Source: Mobula hypostoma
Taxonomy: Eukaryota
Direction of reading: 5' to 3'
Assembly: GCF_963921235.1 (NCBI RefSeq)
Contig: NC_086097.1
Span: forward strand, 109,432,001 to 109,496,000
Length of the DNA: 64,000 nt
Made by a program: the position numbers and the translations under genes. Of the stretch, positions 25,975 through 39,521 are shown piece by piece. The stretch's first letter is position 1, and each line of letters begins with the position of its first letter. Below the pieces are notes generated by a model, which saw only the letters and a list, made by a program, of their open reading frames with translations, made no database searches and was not told where the DNA came from.

Positions 25975-28790
25975 ACCTTTAGGGGATCCTGCAGAAATCC
26001 CTTTGCACCTCAGATTTTTAAATTCCCCACCCTTTAGAAAGTAGTCTACACTTTTAGCCTTTCAACCAAAGTACATGACATACACTTCTCAACACTGTAT
26101 TCCATCTTTCACTTACTTTCCCATTCTCCTAATATGTCTAAGTCCTTCTGTAGCTTCCCTGCTTCCTGAACACGACCTCCCCTTCACCTAACCACATCGT
26201 CCACAAACAAGGCCACAAAGCCATTAATTCCATCATCCAAATCATCGACATACAACGTAGAACGGTTGGCATGGTACTGTTGTGGTTAGCACAATGCTTT
26301 GCAGTACAGGCAATCCGAGTTCAATTCTCACCGCTGCCCGAAAGGAGTTTGTATGTTCTCCCCATGACTGTGTGGGTTTCCTCTGGATTCTCCCTTTCAT
26401 CCCACAGTCCAAAGATGTACCAGTTGGTAGGTTAATTGGTCATTGTAAATTGTCCTGTGATTAGGCTAGGATTAAATCGGGGGATTGCTAGGCCTTGTGG
26501 CTCGAAGGGCTGAAAGGGCCTATTCTGTGCTGTATCTCAATAAATAAATAGAACCAGTCCCAACACTGACCCCTGCAGAACACCACCAGTCACCAGCAGT
26601 CAATTCAGTAAAGGCTCCTTTTATTCCTACTCTCTGTCTCCTGCCAATCAGCCAATACTCTATCCATGCTGCTGTTTATCTTACTAAGCAGCCTTATGTG
26701 CAGCACCTTGTCCAAGACCTTCTGAAAATCCAAGTACATCCAACATCCACCAATTCACCTTTGCCTATCCTACATCTTATTTCCTCAAAGAATTCCAACA
26801 GAATTAGGTGAAACATTTGCAATTTCCCAGTCCTCCAGAAACATGCCAAAATCTAGTGATTCTTGAAAGACCATTACTAGTGCCTCCACAGTCTCTTCAG
26901 CTACTTCTTTCAGAGCTCTGGGGTGTACTCCATCTGGTCCAGATAACTTTTCTACCTTTAGACCTTTCAGCTTTCTAAGCACCTTCTTCCTAGTAATAGC
27001 AGCTACACTCACTTCTACCCCCTGACACTCTCAAACTTCTGGCATACTGTTAGTGTCCTCCACAGCGACAACTGACCAAAAATACTTATTCAGCTCACCT
27101 TCCATTTCCTTGTTCCCCATTACTATCTCTCCAGTGTCATTTTCCAGCAGTCCAATATCAATACTTGCCTCTCTTTTACTCTTTATATATCTGAAAAAGA
27201 ACTTTTGGTATCCTCTTTGATATTATTAGCTAGCTTACCTTCATATTTCATCTTTTCCCTGCTTATGGTTTTTTTAGTTGTCTTCTGTTGGTTTTTGAAA
27301 GCTTCCTAATCCTCCAGCTTCCCATTAATTTTTTGCTCTATTATATACCCTCTCTTTTGCTTTTATGTTGGCTATGACTTCCCTTGACAGCCACGGTTGT
27401 GCCACCCTGCCTTTAGAATACTTCTTCTTTGGGATGTATTTTCCTGCACCTTCTGAATTTATCCCAGAAGCTCCAGTCATTTCTGCTCTGCCATCATTCC
27501 TGCTAGTATTCCCTTCCAATAAGCTTTGGCCAGACTCTGTAATTCCCTTGATCCCATTCTAATACTGATACATTTGACTTTCTCTTCTCCCTCTCAAACT
27601 GCAGGGTGAATTCTATAACATTATGATCACAGCTTGCTAAGGGTTCCTTTACCTTAAGCTCCCTAATCAAATGCAGTTCGTTATTTACGACCCAATCCAG
27701 AACAGTTTATCGCCACAAGCTGCTCTGAAAAGCCATCACCTTAGGCATTCTACAACTTCTCTCTTGGGATCCAGAATCAGCACCAACCTGATTTCCCCAA
27801 TTTACTTGCATATTGAAATCCCCCATGATTATCCGAACATTACCCTTTTGACATGTATTTTCTATATCCTGTTGAAACTTGCAGACCATGTCCTGGCTAC
27901 TGTTTTGAGGGCTGTTGTAATTCGCATCAGGGTCTTTATACCTTTGAATTTCCTTAACTCTATCTATAACAATTCTACGACTTCTGATCAATGATACCTC
28001 TTTCTAAGGATTTAATTTTATTTTTTAACCAACAGAGCCATGCCACTATCTCTGCCTTCCTGCTTGTTCTTTCAATACAATGGATACTACTTACAACCAT
28101 AATCTTCTTTCAGCCATGACTCAGTGATGCCCAAAATGTCATACCTGCCAATCTCTAACTGCGCTACAAAATCAACTACCATATTCCGTCAGTCCTGCCT
28201 TCATCACCCTTTTCGACTTTGTCCCTGCAACTCATCCCACTGACTGTAATTTTGCCATGTCATCTGCCTGTCCTTCCTCACAGTCTCACTACACACTTCC
28301 TCTGCTTGTAAACGAACAGCCTATCCTCAGCCCTATCACAGAGTTTATCATCCCCATGTCAAATTAGTTGAAACCCTCCCCAACAGTTCTAGTAATTCTG
28401 CCTGCAAGAATATTGGTCCCACTTGGGTTCAAGTGCACCCAAACCCGAGGGAGGACCAATATCCTCGTACAGATCATATCTTTCCCAGAAGAGATCCCGA
28501 TAGTCAAGAAATCTTAAACTCTGCCTCCTGCACCAGTTCTTCAGCCACACATTTATCTACCAAATCATTCTATTCTTAACCTCACCAGTGCTTGGCACAG
28601 GCAGCAATCCAGAGATTACTACCCTGGAGGTCTGGCTTTTCAGCTTTCTACCTAGCTCCCTAAATCCTCTCCTCTCCATTCCTACCTATGTCATTGCTGC
28701 CAATATGCACCAAGGCTTCTAACTGCTCACCCTTCCCGCTTAGAATGCCGTGGACCCAATCTGAGGTGCCCCTGGCCTTGGCACCTGGGT
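25975..28790 (-). mobile_element. Long decayed CR1 LINE (ORF1 end, EN, partial RT) with SINE insertion
   Basis: IIMGDFNMQVNW (27707-27991), PWLSREV and GPDGVHPRALKEVA fragments, with esterase-region sequence at 28440-28790. Confidence 0.85.
26264..26548 (+). mobile_element. HE1-like V-SINE
   Basis: tRNA-like head (GAGTTCAATTC B-box), V-domain GTGTGGGTTTCCTCTGG…CCCACAGTCCAAAGATG, CR1-like tail with (TAAA)n, and TSD TAGAAC at 26258-26263 / 26549-26554. Confidence 0.85.
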
Positions 28791-28935
28791 CCTTTTACAG
28801 ATGCCCTGTAGAGGGCCTACTAACATGCTGCATCACTGCAAGGTACAGAAACTGCACTGCAGTGGACAACAAATACAGTAGTCAAAACTGCCCAGCATAT
28901 CACGGGCATCAGCTCACCCACAATCTACAACATGT

Positions 28936-29236
28936 ATACTCTCATGAGTTGAGAGTTAAAGGGCAAAAGTTCAGGGGTAACATGAGGGGGAACTTCTTTA
29001 CTCAGAGAGTGGTAGCTGTGTGGAACGAGCTTCCAGCAGAAGTGGTTGAGGCAGGTTCGATGTTGTCGTTTAAAGTTACATTGGATAGATATATGGACAG
29101 GAAAGGAATGGAGGGTTATGGGCTGAGTGCAGGTCGGTGGGACTAGATGAGAGTGAGAGTAAGAGTTCGGCACGGACTAGAAGGGCCAAGATGGCCTGTT
29201 ACCGTGCTGTAATTGTTATATGGTTATATGGTTATA
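28936..29236 (+). mobile_element. CR1 3' end nested in a Rex/L2-like fragment (28790-29580)
   Basis: HELRVKGQKFRGNMRGNFFTQRVV… with a (GGTTATAT)n tail. Flanks translate to EGLLTCCITARY… and KGIDFMKDPTH. Confidence 0.8.
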
Positions 29237-29729
29237 CAGAAAGGTGCTGGAAAAGGGCATTGATTTCATGAAAGATCCCACCCATCTTGTTCATGGACTG
29301 TTGATCCCATGTAGTATCCACAATAGGATCACCAAACTCAAAAACAGTCACCCTCCCCAAGCAGTAGGGCTGATCACCATTCTGCACCCCCCCCCACACT
29401 CCTAACCAATACCACTTTATCATTTCCTGTATATATAAGATAGCTTATGTATTTATATTCATTGTGCTTTTTTTATTGCTGTGTTCTTTATTTTATTGCG
29501 TTTTTTGTGCTGCATCAGATCCAGAGTAACAAATATTTTGTTCTCCTTTATACTTGTGTACTGGAAATAATATTAAACAATCATTTAAAATAACTCTAAA
29601 AATTAAAATTCTCAAATTATGAATCTGCATTATTTTTCCATTCATTGGTAGTTATTAATTTTGATTCGAATTGAAATTACATAATTAGGCACCTTTAATT
29701 ATCCTGCTTAACTTTTGGCAGGTGATAGA

Positions 29730-31040
29730 GTTATATACCATGGGAACAGGCCCTTTGGTTCATCCAGCAAGTCTCATTTACCTGAGTTTGGTTTGTAATC
29801 TTTGAAACTGATCCTAGCCACGTACTCTACTTGTCAACTGTATTTTAAAAGTTGTTATTGCCTCAACTACATCCTTTAGCATCCCATTCCATATACATAC
29901 TGTGTAAAAAAAAAGTTGTCCCTCAAGTCCTTATCCTTATTAAATCTTTCCTCTCTCATTTTTAAACCTAATTCTTGATTCTCGACCTTGAGAAAATGTC
30001 TGAATGCCCCTCTTGACTTCATACAGATCTATAAGATCGCCTCTCAGTCTCCTACGCTCCAAGGAGTAAATTTCTAGCCTGTCCAGCATCCTCCTATAAC
30101 TCAGTTCCCCAAGTCCTGCCAACAACCTTGTAAGTCTCCACTGCACTCTTTCCAGTTTAAATACTTCTTTGCTATGGCAACATGATCCCAAGTGTGGCCT
30201 CATCATCATCTTGTAAAATCAAAATATAAACCCTCAACATCTATGCTCAGTGCCCAGATCGATAAAGGCCAATGTGCCAGAAGCCTTCTTCACCACCCTA
30301 TCTACCTGTGACTCCACTTTCAGTGAACCATGTACTTGTACTCCAAAGTCCCTCTGTTCTATAACACTCCCCAGGGCCACTGTGAAAGTCCTACCTTAAT
30401 TCGACTTTCCGAAATGCAACGGAGATTGGGCGCCAAAGTAGCTAGACAGTTAGTGCGATGCTATTACAGCTCGGGGCACCGGAGTTCAGAATTCAATTCT
30501 GATATAATCTCTAAGGAGTCTGTTCCTTATCCCCAGGGAATGTGTGGGTTTTCTCCGTTTTCCTTCCATAGTCCAAAGACGTGTCGTTTAGTAGGTTAAT
30601 TTGTCATTGTATATTTTCCCATGATTAGGCTTGGCTTAAATCAGGATTGCTGTTTGAAGGGCTGAAATAGTCAATTTCTGTGCTGTATCATCATCTATTT
30701 CAGTGTCATCTGCAGACTTTCTAGCTGAGCCTCGTACATTCTTGTCCAAATTGTTGATATAGATGCCAAACAAAAATGGGCCAATCGCTGACCTCTGAAG
30801 CACACCATTTGTCATGGGCCTCGCGTATGAGAAACAACCATCCACCATCACACTCTACTTCCTACCATCAGGTCAATTGTATATGCAGTTAGCCAGCCCT
30901 ACCTGGATTCCAAGTGATCTAAACTTCCAGAGTAATCTACACGCGGTACATTATCAAAGGCCTTACTGAAATCTATATAAACCACACCAACCTCATTAGC
31001 TTTCTCCATCACCTCTCAAAAACTCCATCAAAATCAGCAA
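29730..31040 (-). mobile_element. Decayed CR1 LINE containing a plus-strand V-SINE (~30420-30690)
   Basis: RT fragments (GPFLFGIYINNLDK…SADDT; LERVQWRLTRLL). SINE V-domain tgtgtgggttttctcc…agtccaaagacgtg. Confidence 0.8.
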
Positions 31041-31584
31041 TTTCCATTAAGTAAAGAGCGTCTCATCTGAATTAATATCTGCTATATTCAGATAATTTCA
31101 TAACTCCTGAATATTCCTTAACAGTCCCAAAGTGCCTCCCCATGACAACCTCGATCACTTGACCTACTCTTTGGGCAATATCTGTCCTCTCCCTGCTACC
31201 TGGAGGAGACCTGGTAGGTTGCAGTGTTTCTAATGCTCTTGGTTGTTACAAATACGTGCTTGGGCTGTGCTACGTGCTCAATATGACTAAAATACATTTT
31301 GTGAACACTCACTGTCAGTCACTGGCAGAATGATCTATGTTTAAAGTAGTGCTAACTAAGTGGGATGTTTATTCCTGGATGGTACTGAACTTCTTGACGG
31401 CTTTTGGAGCTGCCAAGTGGACAATAGATAAAGTCGACTCAGTGGACGTTTTTTTTTAAGCTTGGATTTTCAGAAGGCCTTTGACAAGGCGCCACACCAG
31501 GTTGCTAAATAATATAAGAGTGCATGGTAGTCCAGGAAAGATACTAGCATTGGTAGAAGATTGGTGGAGGGGCAGGTAGTGTTG

Positions 31585-34500
31585 AAACATAGAAACATAG
31601 AAACATAGAAAATAGGTGCAGGAGTAGGCCATTCAGCCCTTCGAGCCTGCACCGCCATTTATTATGATCCTGGCTGATCATCCAACTCAGAACCCAACCC
31701 CAGCCTTCCCTCCATACCCCCTGATCCCCATAGCCAGATGGGCCATATCTAACTCCCTCTTAAATATAGCCAATGAACTGGCCTCAACTGTTTCCTGTGG
31801 CAGAGAACTCCACAGATTCACCACTCTCTGTGTGAAGAAGTTTTTCCTAATCTCAGTCCTAAAAGGCTTCCCCTTTATCCTCAAACTGTGACCCCTCGTT
31901 CTGGACTTCCCCAATTTCGGGAACAATCTTCCTGCATCTAGCCTGTCCAATCCCTTTAGGAGTTTATACGTTTCAATCAGATCCCCCCTCAATCTTCTAA
32001 ATTCCAACGAGTACAAGCCCAGTTCATCCAGTCTTTCTTCATATGAAAGTCCTGCCATCCCAGGAATCAATCTGGTGAACCTTTTTTGTACTCCCTCTAT
32101 GGCAAGGATGTCTTTCCTCAGATTAGGGGACCAAAACTGCACACAATATTCCAGGTGTGGTCTCACCAAGGCCTTGTACAACTGCAGTAGTACCTCCCTG
32201 CTCCTGTACTCGAATCCTCTCGCTATAAATGCCAGCATACCATTTGCCTTTTTCACTGCCTGCTGTACCTGCACGCCCACTTTCAATGACTGGTGTATAA
32301 TGACACCCAGGTCTCGTTGCACCTCCCCTTTTCCTAATCGGCCACCATTCAGATAATAATCTGTTTTCCTATTTTTGCCACCAAAGTGGATAACTTCACA
32401 TTTATCCACATTAAATTGCATCTGCCATGAATTTGCCCACTCACCCAACCTATCCAAGTCACCCTGCATCCTCTTAGCATCCTCCTCACAGCTAACACTG
32501 CCGCCCAGCTTCATGTCATCCGCAAACTTGGAGATGCTGCATTTAATTCCCTCATCCAAGTCATTAATATATATTGTAAACAACTGGGGTCCCAGCACTG
32601 AGCCTTGCGGTACCCCACTAGTCACTGCCTGCCATTCTGAAAAGGTCCCGTTTATTCCCACTCTTTGCTTCCTGTCTGCTAACCAATTCTCTATCCACAT
32701 CAATACCTTACCCCCAAAACCGTGTGCTTTAAGTTTGCACACTAATCTCCTGTGTGGGACCTTGTCAAAAGCCTTTTGAAAATCCAAATATACCACATCC
32801 ACTGGTTCTCCCCTATCCACTCTACTAGTTACATCCTCAAAAAATTCTATGAGATTCGTCAGACATGATTTTCCTTTCACAAATCCATGCTGACTTTGTC
32901 CGATCATTTCACTGCTTTCCAAATGTGCTGTTATCACATCTTTGATAACTGACTCCAGCAGTTTCCCCACCACCGACGTTAGGCTAACCGGTCTATAATT
33001 CCCCGGTTTCTCTCTCCCTCCTTTTTTAAAAAGTGGGGTTACATTAGCCACCCTCCAATCCTCAGGAACTAGTCCAGAATCTAACGAGTTTTGAAAAATT
33101 ATCACTAATGCATCCACTATTTCTTGGGCTACTTCCTTAAGCACTCTGGGATGCAGACCATCTGGCCCTGGGGATTTATCTGCCTTTAATCCCTTCAATT
33201 TACCTAACACCACTTCCCTACTAACATGTATTTCACTCAGTTCCTCCATCTCACTGGACCCTCTGTCCCCTACTATTTCTGGAAGATTATTTATGTCCTC
33301 CTTAGTGAAGACAGAACCAAAGTAATTATTCAATTGGTCTGCCATGTCCTTGCTCCCCATAATCAATTCACCTGTTTCTGTCTGTAGGGGACCTACATTT
33401 GTCTTTACCAGTCTTTTCCTTTTTACATATCTATAAAAGCTTTTACAGTCAGTTTTTATGTTCCCTGCCAGTTTTCTCTCATAATCTTTTTTCCCCTTCC
33501 TAATTAAGCCCTTTGTCGTCCTCTGCTGAACTCTGAATTTCTCCCAGTCCTCAGGTGAGCCACTTTTTCTGGCTAATTTGTATGCTTCTTTGGAATTGAT
33601 CGTATCCCTAATTTCTCTTGTCAGCCACGGGTGCACTACCTTCCTTGATTTATTCTTTTGCCAAACTGGGATGAACAATTGTTGTAGTTCATCCATGCAA
33701 TCTTTAAATGCTTGCCATTGCATATCCACCGTCAATCCTTTAAGTGTCATTTGCCAGTCTATCTTGGCTAATTCACGACTCATACCTTCAAAGTTACCCC
33801 TCTTTAAGTTCAGAACCTTTGTTTCTGAATTAACTATGTCACTCTCCATCTTAATGAAGAATTCCACCATATTATGGTCACTCTTACCCAAGGGGCCTCT
33901 CACGACAAGATTGCTAATTAACCCTTCCTCATTGCTCAAAACCCAGTCCAGAATAGCCTGCTCTCTAGTTGGTTCCTCGACATGTTGGTTCAAAAAACCA
34001 TTCCGCATACATTCCAAGAAATCCTCTTCCTCAGCATCTTTACCAATTTGGTTCACCCAATCTACATGTAGATTGAAGTCACCCATTATAACTGCTGTTC
34101 CTTTATTGCACACATTTCTAATTTCCTGTTTAATACCATCTCCGACCTCACTACTACTGTTATGTGGCCTGTACACAACTCCCACCAGCGTTTTCTGCCC
34201 CTTAGTGTTATGCAGCTCTACCCATATCGATTCCACATCTTCCCGGCTTATGTCCTTCCTTTCTATTGCGTTAATCTCATCTTTAACCAGCAACGCCATC
34301 CCACCTCCTTTTCTTTCATGTCTATCCCTCCTGAATATTGAATATCCCTGAACGTTGAGCTCCCATCCTTGGTCACCCTGGAGCCATGTCTCTGTGATCC
34401 CAACTATGTCATAATCATTAATAACAATCTGCACTTTCAATTCATCCACCTTGTTACGAATGCTCCTTGCATTGACACACAAAGCCTTCAGGCGCTCTTT

Positions 34501-34700
34501 TACAACTCTCTTAGCCCTTATACAATTATGTTGAAAAGTGGCCCTTTTTGATGCTTGCCCTGGATTTGTCGGCCTGCCACTTTTACTTTTCTCCATACTA
34601 TTTTTTGCTTCTACCCTCACTTTACACCCCTCTGTCTCTCTGCACTGGTTCCCATCCCCCTGTTGTGAACTAACCTCCTCTCGTCTAGCCTCTTTAATTT
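31585..34700 (-). mobile_element. Young CR1 LINE, 5'-truncated upstream of ORF2
   Basis: (TTCTATGT)n tail at 31585-31610, complete ORF2, and a QGDGNQ ORF1-end-like sequence near 34650. Confidence 0.97.
31687..34700 (-). CDS. CR1 ORF2: APE endonuclease + reverse transcriptase, uninterrupted
   Basis: Open ~1000 codons with EN motifs NARS, ITETW, GDFN, SDHN and RT motifs [23 protein letters not shown]. The first ~17 codons of the track ORF lie in the flanking element, and the true start is uncertain. Confidence 0.93.
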
Positions 34701-35592
34701 GAGGAAACTGGTAGGATGCAGAAGGACTTAGACAGATTAGGAGAATGGACAAGAAAGTGGCAAATGAAGTATAATGTTGGAAAATGCATGGTCATACACT
34801 TTGGTAGTAGAAATAAAAGTGTGCACTATTTTGTAAATGGGGGAAAAATCCAGGAATCAGAGATGCAGAGGGACTTGGGAGATCTTGTGCAGAATACCCA
34901 GAAGATTAACTTGCAGGTTGAGTTGGTGGTGAGGAAGGCAAATGCCATGTTAGCATTCATTTCAATAGGTCTCGAATACAAGAGCAAGGATGTAATGCTG
35001 AGGCTTTATAAGGCACAGGTGAAGACTCACCTTGAGTATTGTGAACAGTTTTGGGCTCCTCATCTTAGAAAAGATGTGCTGACATTGGAGAGGGTCCAGA
35101 GGAGGTTCACAAGGATGATTCCAGGAATGAAAGAGTTTTCATACGAGGAACATTTAACGGCTCTCTGTCTGTACTTGCTGGAAATCAGAAGGATGAGGGG
35201 GGACCTCATTGAAACTTTTCGAATGTTGAAAGGCCTAGACAGAATAGATGTGGAAAGGATGTTTCCCGTGGTGGAAGAGTTTAGGACAAGAGGGCACAGC
35301 CACAGAACAGAGGGGCGCCCTTGCAAAACAGAGATGTAGAGAAATTTCTTTTGCCAAAGGGTGGTGAACTTGTGCAATTTGTTGCCACATGCAGCTGTGG
35401 AGGCCAGGTTTTTGGGTATATTTAAGGCAGAGATTGATAGGTTCTTGACTGGTCATGGCATCAAAGGTTACGGGGAGAAGGCCAGGAACTGGGATTAAGG
35501 AGGAGACAGAAAAAAAGGATCAGCTATGATTGAATAGCAGAACAGACTCAATGGACCCAATGGCCTAACTCTGCTCCTATGTCTTATGGTCT

Positions 35593-37432
35593 AAGATTGG
35601 CTGACTGGCAGGAGGCAAAGAGTTGGAATAATAGAGTCCTTTTCTGGTTGGCTGCTGGTGACTAGTTCTCTTCTGCGGGGGTCTATGTTGGAACCATGCC
35701 TTTCACGTAATGTGTTAATGATTTGGATGATGGAATTGGTGACTTTGTGGCCAAATTTGTGGTAGATAGGAAGATAGGCAGAGGGACAGGCCGTGTTTAG
35801 GAAACATGGGGTCTGCAAAAGGACTTAGATGGATTAGGAGAACAGACGAAGATGGAATATAGTGCAGAGAAGTGTATGGTCATGCACGTTGGTAGAGGGA
35901 ATAAAGGTACTATTTTCTAAATGGGGAGAAAATTCAAAAATTAGAGGTGAGAAGAGACTTGGGAGTCCTCATGCTGGTTAACTTGCAGGTTGAGTCAGTG
36001 TTGAGGAAGGCAAATGCAATGTTAGCATTCATTTTGAGAGGACTAGAATATAAAAGCAAGGAGGTAATGCTGACACTTTAGAAGGCATTGGTCACACTGC
36101 TCTTTGGAGTATTGAGAGCAGAGTTGGGCCCATTATCTAAGAAAAGATGTAAAGCCTTTGGAGAAGATCCAGAGAAGGTTCACGAGAATGATTCCAGGAA
36201 TGAAATGGTGATGTATGAGGAGTCTTGGAGTTGTAATTACTTGAGTTTGGAATGAGGGGCAAATCTGTGAAGCCAAGCAGAGCTGCAGAATGGATGATGC
36301 TAATGAGAAAGATAACGAGAGACAATGGAGAACCATTCAAAATGCTAATAAGAGAGAAGAGAGAGATTAACAAGAGAGCGACATATAATTCAGTATGTGG
36401 CGTCTGCCACAAACAGTTTGCTTTGAACCTGAACTCTTCACTAACAAATCCTGCTGAGACAATAGGAAGTGTGAGGTTTGATGGACAGGTGATACCCCAT
36501 CAGGGGGATAAAAATAACGGGTTTGCTAAGGTATGACACATGCCACGAGACCCTGGAAAGAGCATTGTGCCCCACAAGTTGGTGTGAGTTTGGAGGACTG
36601 ATTCGCGGGAATCGGTCAGAGGCTCATAGGGTGTAAAGGTACAATCGGTGGGAACCTGGTGTGTGTCCGCCCTTGCCTGGGTGCGGGTTCACCATGGAAG
36701 AATGATCGCATCCGGAACGGAGGGGTCACAGTCGGTGATCACAGCGGGATCAGAAGGCATTGAAAGGTTTGCCTGAAACCAACTGTATCTCTCTCTCTCT
36801 CTCCAACGGTACAACAGCGATTACTTCGAACTACACTAGACTGAACTGAACTCTGCTTCACCTTAAGACTGATCATTTTACCCCTAGACTGCGATAGAGC
36901 TCGGTTGATTCCTATTACTCTATTTCTGTGTATATGTGTATACTATCATTGCTAACCTGTTACATTTATATCCTTGCGGTTAGTGTACTGTATTACTTAT
37001 TTCTTTAATAAAACTTTATTAGTTGCTAGTAATCACAGACTCCAACAACTGTTCCATTTCTGCTGGTTTGACAACCCAGTAACAATATCAAATATTGAAA
37101 GCTCTAGAACAGAGTGGATATGGAATGAATATTTCCTATAGCTGGGGGAGGGGTGTCTAAGACTAGAGGTCACACCCTCCGAATCGAGGAATATCCCTTT
37201 AGAATGAAGATGAGGAGGAATTTCTTTAGGCAGAGGGTGGTGAATCTGTGGAATTCATTGCCATAGACAGTTGTGCAGGCCATGTGATTGGGTATATTTA
37301 CGGCAGAGGCTGATTGATCTTTGTTCATAAAGGCATCCAATATTACAAGGAGAAGGCAGGAGAAAGGAGTTAAGAGGAATAATAAGTCAGCCAAAATGGA
37401 ATGGCCTAATTCTGTTCCTGTGTCTTATGGAT
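35593..37432 (+). mobile_element. Decayed CR1 LINE interrupted by a solo LTR
   Basis: RT and post-RT remnants at 35593-36265 resume at 37085 (atatcaaatattgaaag…) and run to the tail gtcttatgg. Confidence 0.85.
36266..37084 (+). mobile_element. Probable solo LTR (~820 bp)
   Basis: Non-coding TG…CA-bounded insert splitting a CR1, with AATAAA ~75 nt before its end. Flanks AAATC/ATATC may be an imperfect TSD. Confidence 0.7.
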
Positions 37433-37506
37433 TATTCTATAATGCTCATAGTTTGCACCTTGCAGTTGGTGTAAAGGCTTTGTGATGTCAGAAGCTGAAT
37501 CACTGG

Positions 37507-37725
37507 TGATGCTGTTTTGGTAACTCTAGAAACTAATCAAAAGAAAAACACAACACTCAGGATAATTGCCTACTTAGTTGTTTACTTTTAGTGAGACATT
37601 TGCATATGACTTGGTGGCGTAATAACATATGCCATGCATGTACTTCTTACGTATAACCCATGATGTAAACATGGCTTAATCAAGCAATATTACTCAAATA
37701 TTTCTGAAATATTAAATATACTGCA
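37507..37725. mobile_element. Possible short solo LTR
   Basis: ~220-bp AT-rich TG…CA block with a layout like the short Gypsy LTRs. No TSD confirmed. Confidence 0.35.
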
Positions 37726-38999
37726 TCATTTGGTGAGATGTGAAGGTAATTGAACATTGTGAGTACATTTCAATTTGATTCTTGCACAATCTCCTGTTCT
37801 ATTTGTGCACATCTTTACAAAAGAATAATTACCATTTGCAAAATCTTCATGTAAAACTGATACAAATTACTGAGCATTATACACAGGGTTAAATGAAGAT
37901 CACATGTGCAGTATAGAGGCACTGGCAGTGAAAATGTAGGAAAAATTTTGCTTCCAAATTCAATAGAAAAATCACAACTGCAAATTTTAACATCTTGTGA
38001 TGCTTGGCAAATTGTAGAGCAGGGTCATGCAAGCAGCGTGTGAACCTGAAGAGTGGACAATTAGTGAACCCCACCTTCATAGTTTTGATTCCACACTAGC
38101 CCTGCACCAATGTAGTTACCATCACATACACACTAGTATTTAGTTAGCCACAGGAAGAAAACTAACTTTATTTAAAAGAGCTACTTCCAGATTTGTTGGA
38201 GACTGATTCAAATTGCCTGACTTCATCTGACCTCCAAAATGGATTCCATCATGTTTTCCACACATTTGGAAGGACATCCACCAATAGTTCAAGCCACACA
38301 ATTTCAATTAGCACTGGCTAACTTTGATTCATGCTGAGAGGTCAGGAAGTTGGCTTTTGTGGACTTGTGGTAATGCAGTTCACAGTGTTTATGCATCTGG
38401 CTGGAACCTACAGTCAGCATCACAGAGGAGTTAGAATTACAATTTATATCAGTCAAACAGTTGCTTGTTAACAAAGGATCACAGTTCCATTACCTTTTTC
38501 CCAGTACCATCCAAAGTTCTCCCCAATTTTGTTTCAAATAATGCATTAAACTCAAGACCTACTCACTTGCATCATGGGATAAACATGTCCATGCAAAGGC
38601 AAAGGATTTTAAAAATTGTCATGATTACTTTCCATGTCTGAGTAACAGAGATAGTAGATTCAGGGTGTCACAGCTGACTAGGTAACCTCCTCAGTTTTAA
38701 CTTCCCTCACACTGAATAGTGGCGAACAAAATGTCAGCCAAAAGTTATAAATAATTAGAGAGAGTAAAATCCAATAAGGCTGTACTGGATTCCTTAACAA
38801 GCAAGGTACAGGCAGAAGGTCCAAAAAACTCACAAGCAAAGTCAAAATATTAAAAAACACATTAACTAGAGATTCCTACAAACAAAGACACTTCCCTTCT
38901 TCTTCTTCTTGTGTTGTTTTATGGCGGTTGTCAAACCAGCTTTAAGGTGCATTACCGCCACTTGCTAGACTTGTGGTGTTCCGATTTCAACCAAATACT

Positions 39000-39521
39000 C
39001 TACTTTAGGCAACCTAGTTCAGCCTGCAGATCTCTATTTGCATCACTCTGTAATTGCAATTCCTCTCGCGAATGCTGTATACGCTCATTAAATAGCAGTG
39101 CCACAAACTGCTTTTCTTCCCTAATTTTTGTCACATGGTTTGCAAGTAATTGCATTACCTCAATTACATTGACTTCATCTGTATCATTTGTAAGACTAAA
39201 ATCTTCTTGTTTAAGAATATTAATTATCGCATGCTTAACTTTTAAAATTGCTGTTTTTCAAGTCCATCTGCTATTTCCAAGTTTTCCTTTTCTTGAATCA
39301 TAGCCTGTAGTTGTTTACTGAGATCTCGAAGTTCTTTTTCATTTGCTTCCATATTTTCATTTTATACAGTAATCTGAATGTAGATAATTCACTTTGCAAC
39401 AATTCCTTTTCCATTTGTAACTTCGTAATAAGTTCCTCCATTTTTCCAATCTCTGTTCCAACTCACAGTTGTTCTTATTGAGAACTTCTATTTGTTGTTG
39501 GAGCTCTGCACAGTTACCCTG
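39000..39521 (-). pseudogene. GCC2: Captured coiled-coil coding fragment resembling golgin GCC2 (GCC185)
   Basis: With three +1 repairs it reads QGNCAELQQQIEVLNKNNCELEQRLEKMEELITKLQMEKELLQSEL…LSKQLQAMIQEKENLEIADGLEKTAILKVKHAIINILKQEDFSLTNDTDEVNVIEVMQLLANHVTKIREEKQFVALLFNERI…*. This is colinear with the central human GCC2 region as recalled from memory; not database-checked. Confidence 0.65.

Larger units (their letters stand above)
31455..35592 (+). mobile_element. CR1 LINE (RT to tail) split by the 31585-34700 insertion
   Basis: …ggcaggtagtgttga | ggaaactggtaggatgcagaagg… rejoins, with TTGA duplicated at both junctions. ORF 34716-35339. Confidence 0.9.

Noticed and set aside
39000..39521. 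Interpretation as a genuine exon of the host GCC2 gene
   Set aside because: It is frameshifted, fused to LINE sequence on both sides, enclosed by the element's tail and candidate TSD, and no other GCC2-like exons were recognised in the window.
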